Shown one piece after another: positions 1 through 9,572 of a DNA stretch of 46,044 nucleotides. This DNA is from Spirochaetota bacterium. GTDB taxonomy: Bacteria; Spirochaetota; Spirochaetia; Treponematales; UBA12059. The translations under genes were made by a program, and so were the position numbers. Position 1 is the stretch's first letter, and every line of letters begins with the position of its first letter. Location of the stretch: contig JAHIWF010000317.1 in assembly GCA_018815555.1 (NCBI GenBank), positions 1-46,044 on the forward strand. Reading direction: 5' to 3'. The notes below the pieces were generated by a model that saw only the letters and a program-made list of their open reading frames with translations, made no database searches and had not been told where the DNA came from.

Positions 1-111
1 AAGGTTAAACAGACCATGCAGGGCGAAATGGCCCGGAATACCGGTTTGGCTGGTCTGGGAGATCTGGGCGGACTCGGCAGCATGAATCCCTTCGGTGGCG
101 GGAACTCCTGA
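1..111 (+). CDS. YbaB/EbfC-type nucleoid-associated protein, C-terminal fragment (start lies left of window)
   Basis: Frame 1 is open from the window edge to TGA at 109-111. My translation is KVKQTMQGEMARNTGLAGLGDLGGLGSMNPFGGGNS, a Gly/Met-rich tail like YbaB. It ends 7 nt before recR, as in the conserved ybaB-recR pair. Confidence 0.5.
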   Translation, partial: KVKQTMQGEMARNTGLAGLGDLGGLGSMNPFGGGNS

Positions 112-118
112 TTAAACT

Positions 119-706
119 ATGAAAGCACTTGATGAGCTGGTAAACCTGCTGGCCCGGCTGCCCGGTATCGGCAAAAAAAGCGCGGCCAGAATGGCTTTTT
201 TTCTGCTGAAGGGCGACGGGCAGTATGCCAGTCTGCTGGGCAGCCGCATTGCCGGTATCCGTGATGCGGTGCGCTTCTGCACCCAATGCGGCAGTTACAC
301 TGACCGCGATATCTGCGATGTGTGCAGCTCGCCGGCCCGCGACCGTCAGCAGCTCTGTGTGGTGGAACAACCGCATGATGTGCTTACTATCGAAGCTTCC
401 CGCGAGTACCACGGGCTGTATCACGTACTGGGTGGCCTTATCTCGCCGCTGGAGGGTGTCGGCCCGGAAACCTTGCATCTGGATCGGCTGCACGACCGGG
501 TGCGCACTCTGGGCATCCGCGAAGTTGTTCTGGCCACCAACCCCACGGTGGAAGGCGATACCACCGCCCTGTATGTAAAAAAAATCCTGGAGGATACCGG
601 GGTAGGTCTATCGCGCCTGGCTACCGGCATCCCAGTGGGTGGCGACCTTGAATATGCCGACCGGCTTACTTTGGCCCGCTCCTTCCGCGGGCGCATTCCG
701 CTCTAG
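119..706 (+). CDS. recR: Recombination protein RecR
   Basis: 195-aa ORF. It has an N-terminal HhH (LPGIGKKSAARMAFFLL), a Cys4 zinc motif (CTQCGSYTDRDICDVC) and a Toprim-like core (VVEQPHDV...ATNPTVEGDTTA). Confidence 0.95.
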   Translation: MKALDELVNLLARLPGIGKKSAARMAFFLLKGDGQYASLLGSRIAGIRDAVRFCTQCGSYTDRDICDVCSSPARDRQQLCVVEQPHDVLTIEASREYHGLYHVLGGLISPLEGVGPETLHLDRLHDRVRTLGIREVVLATNPTVEGDTTALYVKKILEDTGVGLSRLATGIPVGGDLEYADRLTLARSFRGRIPL

Positions 707-2319
707 GGTCTGTTTGCTATTTTATCATAACAATTTTTGATAACCGGTTCCAGGTTCGGCAGATCCGCTCCGGTTTCGGCAAGGGCTGCCTTTTCTGCCG
801 AGCCGGCCCAATCCATGTACGAGTTGGTATAATTCCTCATAATAAAGCCGGTGATCAGGGCTTCTGCCTGTTTCAGCTCGTCCTGATCCAGCCGGCGGCG
901 GCTGTGCTTTCTTCCGGTAAGATACTCACGGATACTGATGCCGATTTTCTTCATAAATGCTTCGCGGTACACGTCATAAGCACTGCCCGACAGTTTACGG
1001 ATGTAATCGGACACCGACAGTCCCGGGCTGGCTTTCTGCGTGTAGTGCGGAGCTTTGGCCTGTTTCGGTAAAACACTTTTGGCCGGGTTTGCCGTTTGCC
1101 GGCTCGTGGCTGCCTTTGTGATGCTGGCAGTGGTTGCTTTCCCGCCAGTAGTAGTACCAGCTGCATGAGTAGCCGTTTGTTTAGTGGCGGCTGCCGTATC
1201 TCCAGGAGTGGCTGCCGTGGTAGCAGGGATTTTCATCGCGGGCCTGACTTTTGTCCTCTGCGTTGGCTGCCCTACGGCAGGCCGCAGTTTTACGGAAGCT
1301 GTTGTGGGCGCAACGGTTGACGGCACATTTGGTGTCAGGCGCTGCATCCCGCTACTCCGGTTATCCGCTCCGTACAGTCTGGCCTTGAGGATTTTCCAGG
1401 CCTGCTGCATGTATAAATCCCCCTGCACGGTGTAGGAATACTCGGTGGTGATGCAGCTGGTCACCATGGACAGAATTTCATCGTCGTTATATTTTCGTAA
1501 TCGACATATTTTTATGGTGTTAAAGATGCGGTAATGCTGGGTGTCGTATTTCCGCGAGTACAGGCGGATGATGCGTTCGAAGGCCGGATCGGCAACTTTC
1601 AGCCAGTATTTGAAGCAGTAAGCCAGGGCTCTGTCTTCGTTGCGCTCTATGCCGGCCGGGATTTCGATACGCTGGATGTCTTTTTCGTCAAAATCGATGC
1701 GCGACAGGTCGAAGAAATTCTGTTTGGCTGCTTCTTCTTTTTCTTTCTGCCGGGCGGCTTCGGTAGCCATGCTCATGGCCAGAAAATCCGCGCCTTCGGC
1801 CGTGTCGCTACCGGTCTGGTCGTAGAACTCGTCCAGCAGGTAACACAGCCGGTCCATCTCGGCGGTTTTGTAGTCGAGTATCCGGGAGTAATCCTGATAG
1901 GTTCTGGCTGCAGCCCTGGCTTTTTCCTGGTCATCGGGCAGCAGATGAGCGCTCAGTTCCATCGCTTTGAGTACGGCATAGGTGTCTTTCATGTTAACCG
2001 TAGCGATGCGGGCGGTTAGTGCGTCAATATTGTGGCAAAGTTGACGGATGATCGAATCAGCCCGTTCCAGCAGCAGTAGTTTCAGGTAGGCAGCCAGCAG
2101 CGGGGAGTGTTGGCGGTACAGTTTTAGCAGCACAATGCGCTTTTCCTGATCGGGATAGCGTGGCACCAGACGGTTTTTATACATAGAGAGAGCGTCCAGG
2201 GTGCGCCCCTGATTGCGCAGCTCAAAATAGCGCTCTATATCGCTGTCGCCGCCATAGCGCAGTTCAGGAAACAGATGTTCAAGTAATTGTTCGCGTACAT
2301 CTACGGGTGTTTCGAGCAT
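703..2319 (-). CDS. Hypothetical protein with a central Thr/Ala/Pro-rich low-complexity tract
   Basis: 538-aa ORF, convergent with recR and overlapping it by 4 nt. A good promoter lies just upstream. I recognise no family. Confidence 0.75.
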   Translation of the reverse strand: MLETPVDVREQLLEHLFPELRYGGDSDIERYFELRNQGRTLDALSMYKNRLVPRYPDQEKRIVLLKLYRQHSPLLAAYLKLLLLERADSIIRQLCHNIDALTARIATVNMKDTYAVLKAMELSAHLLPDDQEKARAAARTYQDYSRILDYKTAEMDRLCYLLDEFYDQTGSDTAEGADFLAMSMATEAARQKEKEEAAKQNFFDLSRIDFDEKDIQRIEIPAGIERNEDRALAYCFKYWLKVADPAFERIIRLYSRKYDTQHYRIFNTIKICRLRKYNDDEILSMVTSCITTEYSYTVQGDLYMQQAWKILKARLYGADNRSSGMQRLTPNVPSTVAPTTASVKLRPAVGQPTQRTKVRPAMKIPATTAATPGDTAAATKQTATHAAGTTTGGKATTASITKAATSRQTANPAKSVLPKQAKAPHYTQKASPGLSVSDYIRKLSGSAYDVYREAFMKKIGISIREYLTGRKHSRRRLDQDELKQAEALITGFIMRNYTNSYMDWAGSAEKAALAETGADLPNLEPVIKNCYDKIANRP

Positions 2320-2336
2320 CTGCCGCCTCTGCTCCG

Positions 2337-2366
2337 ATTATATCAGCTGGCCAGCGCATATTACAA
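2337..2366 (-). promoter_or_regulatory. Sigma70-type promoter of the 538-aa gene (TTGTAA-18 nt-TATAAT)
   Basis: Read on the minus strand, the -35 TTGTAA is at 2366-2361 and a perfect TATAAT is at 2342-2337. The -10 ends 17 nt before ATG 2319. Confidence 0.45.
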
Positions 2367-2513
2367 GCTGATTTTTCCTCATGGTTCCTCAGGGCTGTAG
2401 GGGGGGCAGCTAAGATACCTGCACACAATACCCTGGCGTCAGAAAACTCGAATATCTCCATTGACGGGGACTGTCCCCGTTCGAGTGACCCCGTTCGGGG
2501 GTCTGACCCCCAC

Positions 2514-2541
2514 AAAAAAAGGCCCCCCTTGCGGGGAGCCC
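2514..2541 (-). terminator. Intrinsic terminator of flaB
   Basis: Minus-strand GGGCTCCCC-GCAA-GGGGGGCC is followed by seven T, about 20 nt after the flaB stop. Confidence 0.75.
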
Positions 2542-2561
2542 TTTGTTCAGTCGGGGAAAAC

Positions 2562-3422
2562 TTACTGCAGGAGCTGGAGAACCTGCTGGGTTTTCTGATT
2601 GGCTTGAGCCAGCATCGCATTGCCAGCCTGGGCAAGGATGCGGTTCTTGGTGAATTCGACCATTTCGCTGGCCATGTCCGTGTCGCGGATGCGGCTTTCG
2701 GCGGCTTGCAGGTTTTCTGCACCAATGTCGATGCCTTTGATGGCATATTCAAGCCGGTTCTGGTAGGCCCCAAGATCGGCACGCTGCTTGTTTACAGCCT
2801 TGAGGGCCGCATCCAGAGTACCGATAGCACGGTTTGCATTGTCCGGGCTGGACAAGGAAATGATGCTGTCGTCGCCTACATTCTTAACACCCAGGGCCTT
2901 TGCAGTCATGGTGCCGATGTAAACCTGTTCGCGCTGGTCCATATTGGCACCGATGTGCAGCCACATGGAAGCAGTTACCACATTTTCACCGGTTTCACGG
3001 GCAAAACGTCCGGTAAGGAGGTTAAGGCCGTTAAACTGCGCATGGCTGGCAATACGGTCAATTTCATCTACCAACTGCGAGACTTCCACCTGAATCTGCA
3101 TGCGGTCTTCCGCTGTGTAGATACCGTTGGCAGCCTGTACAGACAACTCCCGCAATCGCTGGATAATATCCTGCGATGACTGGAGAAAGCCTTCTGCGGT
3201 CTGGATAAAGGAAATGCCGTCAAGAGCGTTCTTTGATGCTCTCTGCAAGCCGCGGATCTGGGAGCGCATTTTTTCCGAAACTGCAAGACCGGAAGCATCA
3301 TCACCAGCGCGGTTAATCCGCATACCGGAAGACAATTTCTCCATATTCTTGTCAGACATGCCGTTCGTTACGCCAAGAGAACGGTTCGTGTACATTGCAC
3401 TGAGGTTGTGATTAATAATCAT
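2562..3422 (-). CDS. flaB: Flagellar filament core protein FlaB (flagellin)
   Basis: 286 aa. The N-terminus [17 protein letters not shown] and C-terminus ...[25 protein letters not shown] are typical flagellin D0/D1 segments of spirochaete FlaB length. SD AAGGAG lies upstream. Confidence 0.95.
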   Translation of the reverse strand: MIINHNLSAMYTNRSLGVTNGMSDKNMEKLSSGMRINRAGDDASGLAVSEKMRSQIRGLQRASKNALDGISFIQTAEGFLQSSQDIIQRLRELSVQAANGIYTAEDRMQIQVEVSQLVDEIDRIASHAQFNGLNLLTGRFARETGENVVTASMWLHIGANMDQREQVYIGTMTAKALGVKNVGDDSIISLSSPDNANRAIGTLDAALKAVNKQRADLGAYQNRLEYAIKGIDIGAENLQAAESRIRDTDMASEMVEFTKNRILAQAGNAMLAQANQKTQQVLQLLQ

Positions 3423-3440
3423 ACCTGTCTCCTTTCCATG
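3423..3440 (-). promoter_or_regulatory. flaB ribosome-binding region with two GGA motifs (possible CsrA site)
   Basis: The minus strand reads CATGGAAAGGAGACAGGTATG, so two GGA triplets flank or overlap the SD. CsrA binding is an inference from known CsrA control of flagellin mRNAs. Confidence 0.35.
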
Positions 3441-3659
3441 AAGTCAGCGGTATATGCCTACAGTCCGCTAGTCTTCCCGCAGTGCGGGTTGTTTCTAACG
3501 GTCCTGAATGGTTACCGCCCGGCATCCTTGCCGATTGTGTGTAATGTTAGTACGGTCAGCTTTTCTGGTTTCCCTTATGAACAGATAACCGTGAAGGCAG
3601 AACGTGCTGCTGCGACTCGCGCGCGCCAGCGGCAGCAGTTTGCACTGCCCTCCCTCTAT

Positions 3660-3686
3660 GTATCGGCGCGGCGTTTGCGCACTTTA
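3660..3686 (-). promoter_or_regulatory. Sigma28 (FliA)-type promoter upstream of flaB
   Basis: The minus strand reads TAAA-15 nt-GCCGATAC, against the consensus TAAA-N15-GCCGATAA. It implies a 5' leader of about 230 nt. Confidence 0.55.
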
Positions 3687-3758
3687 GTTTCCTCTTGCTT
3701 TTTTGGCGGTAGAGTAGGACAATAGCATTGCGCTGGAATCCGGATTTCGGGAGGCGGC

Positions 3759-4508
3759 ATGTCGTATATAGATTTTCATACCCACCTGCACGCCTATCCG
3801 GATCCGGAGCGCTGCCTCGAGGGCCTGAACCGGCTGGAAGCTCTGGCTGTAGCCTGCTCAGTGGATGTGGCCTCCTATCTGGCTACTCTGCAGCTGGCCG
3901 AGCAGAGCAGCCGCATCATTCCTACCTTCGGTATTCATCCTTCCCGGGCTGACCAGTATGTCGATACTCTTGACGATCTGCTGCCCTTGGTTCAGGCCAG
4001 CGGCATAATCGGCGAGATTGGTCTGGACCGCACTTGGTGGAAGGATATCCCGGCCAGCCAGCAGGAGAAGGTATTCGCCTGGTTTCTGGACCAAAGTGTG
4101 CAGCAGGACAAATATTGCGTCATCCATACCAAGGGGGCCGAAAAACGGGTGCTTGAGATGCTGCGGCATCATCAGGTGGAGAAGGCGGTTATCCACTGGT
4201 ATCACGGACCCAGCTGGATATTCCGGCGTCTGCTGGATCGCGGCTATTACCAGAGCTTCGGCTGCGAGCTGCGCTATTCAGCTGCCGTCCGCCGTTTGCT
4301 GCGCCTGACCCCGGCCGAGCTGATACTGGCGGAAACTGATAATCCCGATAGCGAGAAATGGCTGGGCGGCAGCCAGGACGGTCCCGATCTGATAATCCGG
4401 GTAATACGCGACATAGCTGCCGCCAAGCGCATCAAGCCCGAGCTGGCCCGGCTGCTTACGGTTGGCAATGCCATGAAAATAATCCAGCACCGACCGGCCG
4501 TCGGATAG
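3759..4508 (+). CDS. TatD-family metal-dependent hydrolase
   Basis: 249 aa. It has an N-terminal IDFHTHL (HxH) motif plus later His/Asp ligand contexts (VIHTKG, VIHWY, ETDNP). SD GGGAGG lies upstream. Confidence 0.85.
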   Translation: MSYIDFHTHLHAYPDPERCLEGLNRLEALAVACSVDVASYLATLQLAEQSSRIIPTFGIHPSRADQYVDTLDDLLPLVQASGIIGEIGLDRTWWKDIPASQQEKVFAWFLDQSVQQDKYCVIHTKGAEKRVLEMLRHHQVEKAVIHWYHGPSWIFRRLLDRGYYQSFGCELRYSAAVRRLLRLTPAELILAETDNPDSEKWLGGSQDGPDLIIRVIRDIAAAKRIKPELARLLTVGNAMKIIQHRPAVG

Positions 4509-4611
4509 TTTTCGCCCCTGCTCTTGTCATACAAGCCGGCCGATTCTGACTTAGGCGGGTGTGGCTGGTTTTTAGGTTTCCGGGTCGGCGCTTCCAAATT
4601 TTGCAGTCGAT

Positions 4612-4639
4612 AAAAAAGGCGGCCGCATGCGCGGCCGCC
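4612..4639 (-). terminator. Intrinsic terminator of fhs
   Basis: GGCGGCCGC-ATGC-GCGGCCGCC hairpin. On the minus strand it is followed by six T, about 45 nt after the fhs stop. Confidence 0.7.
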
Positions 4640-4682
4640 TCTGGTCAAGCTGAACTATCCCTGGCTGAAAAAAAGTATAACT

Positions 4683-6446
4683 TCAGGAAAGACCGATAAT
4701 CTTGCCGGTTTCCACATCAATGTCCATGCCGTGATAGCCGGGTTTGCTGGAAAGGCCGGGCAGGGTGTTAATTTCGCCGGAAAGCGGGTAGATGAAACCG
4801 GCACCGGCGGCCAGGCGAACATCGGCAATGGGGAACACAAAGCCTTTGGGCGCGCCTTTGAGTGCCGGATCGTGCGATAGCGAGTATTGGGTTTTGGCCA
4901 TGCAGATCGGTACTTTATCGTAACCCAATGCACTGAACTTTTCGATGGCTTTTTCGGCTTCGGGGCTGTAGCTTACCTCGCCGGCACCATAGATACCCTT
5001 GGCAATGCGCTCGATTTTTTCCTTGATGGAAATGTCCAGCGGGTAGAAGGGTTGTACCTTTGAGGGTTGATCGGCAGCCTTTACCACTGCTTCCGCCAGT
5101 GCAGCCGAGCCTGCTCCGCCTTCGGCCCAGTTTTTGGTTACTACGGCGTCGAAGGCACCGGCCTTCAGGGCTTCGTCGCGAATCAGATCCCATTCGGCCT
5201 GGGTGTCGGTGGGGAAGGCGTTGATGGCTACTACTGCCGGCACACCAAACTGTTTTACGATATTCAGGTGGGCCAACAGGTTAACCATACCCTTGCGCAG
5301 CAATTCCAGGTTTTCCTGCTTGTATTCGGCTGCCAGGGCCTTGCCGGGGCTTACTTTGGGGCCGCCGCCATGCATTTTAAGCGCGCGCACGGTGGCTACG
5401 AGTACCACCGCATCCGGATACATGCCGGAGGTGCGGCATTTGATGTCCACGAATTTTTCGAAGCCCATGTCCGAACCGAAGCCGCTTTCGGTAACCACGT
5501 AGTCGCTTATTTTGGTGGCGATCAGGTCGGCCACTACCGACGAGTTGCCGTGGGCGATATTGGCAAAGGGGCCGGCGTGCACAAAGGCCAGCTGTTCTTC
5601 GAGGGTCTGCATGATATTGGGACTTAAGGCGTCCTTCATCAGGATGGTCATGGCGCCGGCGACACCCAGCATTTCGGTGGTTACGGCTTTGCCATGCTTG
5701 TCGATGGCTATGACGATGCGGCCGATGCGCTCGCGCAGGTCTTTCAGGTCTTTGGCCAGGGCCAGAATCGCCATTACTTCACTGGCCACCGCAATGTCAA
5801 AGCCGGTCTGGCGGAAAGGTCCGTCATTCGGATCGCCTACACCGGTGATGATGCTGCGCAGCGCCCGGTCGTTCATGTCCAGTATGCGCCGCCAGAGTAC
5901 CTGGTTGGCGTTAACGTTCAGTTTTTCCAGTCCCTGTTTGCGGAAGAATTCGTCCGACCAGCGGTCTTCGTGGTACATGCGGGCGTCGAGGGCGGCGGCG
6001 CACAGGTTGTGGGCGGCCGAAACGGCGTGTATATCGCCGGTAAGGTGCAGGTTAAAATCCTCCATCGGTACTATCTGGCTGTAGCCGCCACCGGCCGCCC
6101 CGCCTTTTATGCCGAAGGTCGGGCCCATGCTGGGCTGGCGTATTGCTGCTACCGCTTTCTTGCCGATGTGGCCGAGTCCCTGGGTAAGGCCGACGGTTGT
6201 CGTTGTTTTGCCTTCCCCGAGCGGTGTGGGTGATATTGCAGTTACATCGATATACTTTGCCTTGCGGGGAAGCTGGGCATTCTGCTTAAGAAAATCCAGC
6301 CGGACTTTAGCCTTGTACTTGCCGTATGGATCCAGCATGTCGCTGCTCAGTCCATAGCCGGCTGCTACTTCGACAATCGGGCGTATTACCGCCTCCTGGG
6401 CTATTTCAATATCACTTGGTACCGGATTTTTCTTCTGCGAAGCCAT
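4683..6446 (-). CDS. fhs: Formate-tetrahydrofolate ligase
   Basis: Strong FTHFS features (PLGEGKTTTTVGL P-loop, GGAAGGGYSQ, FVHAGPFANIAHG). I chose the start at MASQKK (ATG at 6446) because GGGGAGG lies 5 nt upstream. The 629-aa ORF extension looks non-coding. Confidence 0.93.
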   Translation of the reverse strand: MASQKKNPVPSDIEIAQEAVIRPIVEVAAGYGLSSDMLDPYGKYKAKVRLDFLKQNAQLPRKAKYIDVTAISPTPLGEGKTTTTVGLTQGLGHIGKKAVAAIRQPSMGPTFGIKGGAAGGGYSQIVPMEDFNLHLTGDIHAVSAAHNLCAAALDARMYHEDRWSDEFFRKQGLEKLNVNANQVLWRRILDMNDRALRSIITGVGDPNDGPFRQTGFDIAVASEVMAILALAKDLKDLRERIGRIVIAIDKHGKAVTTEMLGVAGAMTILMKDALSPNIMQTLEEQLAFVHAGPFANIAHGNSSVVADLIATKISDYVVTESGFGSDMGFEKFVDIKCRTSGMYPDAVVLVATVRALKMHGGGPKVSPGKALAAEYKQENLELLRKGMVNLLAHLNIVKQFGVPAVVAINAFPTDTQAEWDLIRDEALKAGAFDAVVTKNWAEGGAGSAALAEAVVKAADQPSKVQPFYPLDISIKEKIERIAKGIYGAGEVSYSPEAEKAIEKFSALGYDKVPICMAKTQYSLSHDPALKGAPKGFVFPIADVRLAAGAGFIYPLSGEINTLPGLSSKPGYHGMDIDVETGKIIGLS

Positions 6447-6504
6447 AGAACCTCCCCTGGAATATCCCGGCCGTTCTGGCCAGGTTGCTGTATAGTCATT
6501 TTTA

Positions 6505-6533
6505 AATGTAATGGTTAAACAGCGCCACGTCAA
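6505..6533 (-). promoter_or_regulatory. Sigma70-type promoter of fhs (TTGACG-17-TACATT)
   Basis: Minus-strand hexamers sit at 6533-6528 and 6510-6505, leaving a leader of about 55 nt. Confidence 0.45.
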
Positions 6534-6564
6534 ATTCGCAGCAATGGCTTTATTACGATAAATA

Positions 6565-6593
6565 TTGACCAATTCACGGCCAGCGTATACGAT
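6565..6593 (+). promoter_or_regulatory. Sigma70-type promoter of murA, leaderless geometry
   Basis: TTGACC (6565-6570), 17 nt, TACGAT (6588-6593), 6 nt, then ATG 6600. There is no SD. Confidence 0.45.
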
Positions 6594-6599
6594 GGGCTT

Positions 6600-7880
6600 A
6601 TGTACAAGTATCGGATCGAGGGTGGTTACCCTCTTAAAGGTTCTGTCCGCATCAGCGGCAATAAAAACTCGGCACTTCCCTGTATCGCCGCTGCCATGAT
6701 GGCGGACTCGGCAGTAATCCTGCGAAATATTCCCGAGATCGAAGATGTCCTGGTTATGCTGGACATTTGTAAGGCGCTCGGCGCAACGGTGGAGCGTCTT
6801 GGCACCAATGATTGGCAGATTGACGCAGCGGCTGCCGGCGGAACAGAAATCCCGCTAGACCTGGCCGGCAAGGTGCGGGCTTCCATTTTGTTTGCCGGCC
6901 CGATTCTGGCCCGTTTCGGCCGGGTGCAGCTGCCGCCGCCGGGTGGTGATGTTATCGGCCGGCGCCGCCTGGACACCCACCTGCTGGCGCTCGAAGAGCT
7001 GGGCGCGCGCATCGAAATAAACGGCGCCTTCCAGTTTGTGGCCAACAAGCTGAAGGGGGCGGACCTTTTCCTGGATGAAGCTTCGGTGACCGCCACCGAG
7101 AACGCAGTCATGGCAGCGGCTATGGCCGAAGGCCGTACCATAATCCGCAATGCCGCCAGTGAGCCGCACGTGCAGGATGTCTGCCGTATGCTCAATGCCA
7201 TGGGGGCGTCCGTTAGCGGAATCGGCTCCAATATTCTGACCATCGACGGAGTTTCTTCATTGCATGGTGCGGACTTTACTATCGGGCCGGATTTCATGGA
7301 AGTCGGTTCATTTATCGGATTGGCGGCAGTAACCCGCAGCGATCTGCTTATACAGGGCGTAAACCATGATGACCTGCGCATGATCAAGCTGGGCTTTGCC
7401 AAGCTGGGCATCAGCTGGCAGCGAGAAGGCGAAAACCTGCGGGTATCGCCCGGTCAGTTGATGAAAGTGCAGGCCGATCTTGGCGGCCAGATTCCCAAGA
7501 TTGACGATGCCCCTTGGCCGGGTTTTCCACCGGACCTTACCTCCATCATGACCGTGGTAGCCACACAGGTAGAGGGTACCGTGCTGATTTTCGAAAAAAT
7601 GTTCGAGTCGCGCATGTTCTTTGTGGACAAATTGATAGGCATGGGTGCTCGCATCGTATTATGCGATCCGCACCGAGCGGTAGTTTCCGGTCCGGCTCGC
7701 CTGCGTGGTTCTGACCTGGTTTCGCCTGATGTGCGGGCCGGTATGGCCATGGTTATTGCCGCCCTTTGCGCTGAAGGCACCAGTGTTATCAAGAATGTAT
7801 ACCAGATAGAGCGCGGCTACGAGCACCTGAGCGAACGCCTGCGTGCCTTAGGCGCTTGTATCGAACGCATTCAGGAGTAG
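6600..7880 (+). CDS. murA: UDP-N-acetylglucosamine 1-carboxyvinyltransferase
   Basis: 426 aa. The sequence is MurA-like throughout ([46 protein letters not shown]). Confidence 0.95.
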   Translation: MYKYRIEGGYPLKGSVRISGNKNSALPCIAAAMMADSAVILRNIPEIEDVLVMLDICKALGATVERLGTNDWQIDAAAAGGTEIPLDLAGKVRASILFAGPILARFGRVQLPPPGGDVIGRRRLDTHLLALEELGARIEINGAFQFVANKLKGADLFLDEASVTATENAVMAAAMAEGRTIIRNAASEPHVQDVCRMLNAMGASVSGIGSNILTIDGVSSLHGADFTIGPDFMEVGSFIGLAAVTRSDLLIQGVNHDDLRMIKLGFAKLGISWQREGENLRVSPGQLMKVQADLGGQIPKIDDAPWPGFPPDLTSIMTVVATQVEGTVLIFEKMFESRMFFVDKLIGMGARIVLCDPHRAVVSGPARLRGSDLVSPDVRAGMAMVIAALCAEGTSVIKNVYQIERGYEHLSERLRALGACIERIQE

Positions 7881-7883
7881 GCG

Positions 7884-9572
7884 TCAGCTGTTTTGGTACG
7901 AAGCTATTCTGGCTGAAACCAGCAGGCTGAGAATCGTAAAAACAGCCAGTATGCTCAACCAGGCCAGCGTAAAGGTGGTGTTGCCGGTATACTGGGCTGC
8001 CAGCTCCGCCAGCATCAGGCCCAGTGCTTTGAACAACTCTACCGGCAGCAGTGCCAGTAACACCAGCACAGGTGAGCCAAAGAGTATGGCCAGCGGCCCT
8101 GGCCGCTTGTTTGCTCTGAAGCGCATGCCGATGGCCGTACCCAGCAGTACCAGCATAATGGTAGCAAAGGGGTAGGCCATTCGTGCTGCCAGCTCACGCC
8201 GCAGCGGCACCGGATCCACTCCCAGTTTTTCAGCCTTGGGTAGATTGGCAACCAGGGTGTGCAGGGGAATGTCGCGGGGATTTTCGGTGAATATCAGCAC
8301 CTCGCGGGCCGCTGTGTCATCAAAGGGCAGCGCGCTTAAACTGGTCATGTCGGAGTGGCTGCCTGCCTGCCAGTTTTCGTTATAGACTTCGCCTGGATCA
8401 GCCCGATTGACGGCGCGCGGTATCAGGGTATTTCCTGCCAGGCGGCCGTAGGGGCTGCTTAAGGCTATGGTTGTGCTGCCGCTCTGCCGGTATTCCAGGC
8501 CCTGAAAGTACACTCCATCGAGTGTGGCAACGGCTTTTTCGGCTGTAAGCTCATGCCGGTTTTCGTCATCAGTTACTACCAGATGGAAGGGCAGGGGCCG
8601 GTGTTGTCGGAAGGCTCGCTCCAGGTCTTCGGTAAAGAAGTACAGTTCTGCCAGACTTTCCTGGCTGCGTTTTAGGTAATTCTGAATATCGATGTCCTGA
8701 GGCGCTTCTGCGGACAGGAGCAAAAATGCGCGATAAGCTGCCAGATAGTTTCTGTCCAACAGCAGTTTGTAGGCAGCTACTTTGCGTTCGTACAGTTCAG
8801 CTTCGGCCTTGCGAGCTGCCGGAGGACCAGAGTTTTGCAGCAGATTCCAGACCTCAGTAACGAAATTGCGTATTTCCTGACGGTGGGGATACATGGCAAC
8901 AGACTGACGGGCCAGGAAATAGGCATCAAAATAGCGCTCATCGGCCAGAGCCTGCTGTGCCTGCAGATAAAAATCATTGCCGCTTTCCCAGTTATCATTA
9001 TCCTGTACCTGCACCGGCGGCAGCGACTGCTGCAGCTCCAGCTGCTGCTGTGCGTCCTGAATAAGCGCTGCCTGCAGTTTTTCGTCTGCCTTCAGATAAT
9101 CTTTGTTGTCTATATCGATGGCCCGACTGACCAGCAGCAGCTGTCTGGCTTCCTGCAGCCGGCCTTCCTGGGTTGCCAGCCGGCCAGCCTGCAGTGATTG
9201 GGTAAACAGTTTGCTGGTTTCCAGATACAGATTCCGCCTGGCCTGCAGTTGCGGTACAAGCAGAAGGTAAAAAATGGAAACCAGGCCGGCCAGAATAAGA
9301 GCAGGCAGTAGTGTCTGCATGGCATTTACGGTATAGCTGTTTTTTTCATCGGCCATTTCGCCGCTGGTACTGGCAGCTACCAACAGGATTGCCGGGGTTA
9401 ATTGGGCCAGCATAAGCAGGCCGCTGGCCATCGTCCAGAAAAAGGCAAAGCGCGACAGGATGCCATTGGTCTGCAGTCCAATAACTGCCTGAATGATGCC
9501 GGCCGCAAAGGCAAGCAGCAGCAGCAGCAGGGAGATCAGCAGTAATTTGGATTTTACAACTGATTCAGGCAT
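7884..9572 (-). CDS. Polytopic membrane protein, LptF/LptG (YjgP/YjgQ)-like 3+3 TM topology with an enlarged loop domain of about 330 aa
   Basis: Three N-terminal and three C-terminal hydrophobic helices. The C-terminal segment ELAARMAYPFATIMLVLLGTAIGM resembles the permease TM4 region. The start was moved to MPESVV (9572), which overlaps the upstream stop as ATGCCTGA. The family assignment is tentative. Confidence 0.6.
   Translation of the reverse strand: MPESVVKSKLLLISLLLLLLAFAAGIIQAVIGLQTNGILSRFAFFWTMASGLLMLAQLTPAILLVAASTSGEMADEKNSYTVNAMQTLLPALILAGLVSIFYLLLVPQLQARRNLYLETSKLFTQSLQAGRLATQEGRLQEARQLLLVSRAIDIDNKDYLKADEKLQAALIQDAQQQLELQQSLPPVQVQDNDNWESGNDFYLQAQQALADERYFDAYFLARQSVAMYPHRQEIRNFVTEVWNLLQNSGPPAARKAEAELYERKVAAYKLLLDRNYLAAYRAFLLLSAEAPQDIDIQNYLKRSQESLAELYFFTEDLERAFRQHRPLPFHLVVTDDENRHELTAEKAVATLDGVYFQGLEYRQSGSTTIALSSPYGRLAGNTLIPRAVNRADPGEVYNENWQAGSHSDMTSLSALPFDDTAAREVLIFTENPRDIPLHTLVANLPKAEKLGVDPVPLRRELAARMAYPFATIMLVLLGTAIGMRFRANKRPGPLAILFGSPVLVLLALLPVELFKALGLMLAELAAQYTGNTTFTLAWLSILAVFTILSLLVSARIASYQNS

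Noticed and set aside
2307-3179. 290-aa plus-strand ORF overlapping flaB.
   Set aside because: It is antisense to an unambiguous flagellin gene. The composition is junk-like and I recognise no motifs.
6447-6572. N-terminal extensions of supplied ORFs. These are fhs to 6572, SDR to 14265, XRE to 28931, apbE to 24951, VanY-like to 21092, the membrane protein to 10425, the MCP to 42581 and the binding protein from 35646.
   Set aside because: Internal starts have proper SD or promoter geometry, or begin signal peptides. The extensions overlap neighbouring genes or promoters and look non-coding.
6447-6599. A search for a ZTP (pfl) or THF riboswitch upstream of fhs.
   Set aside because: The predicted leader is only about 55 nt and contains none of the conserved ZTP or THF core sequences.
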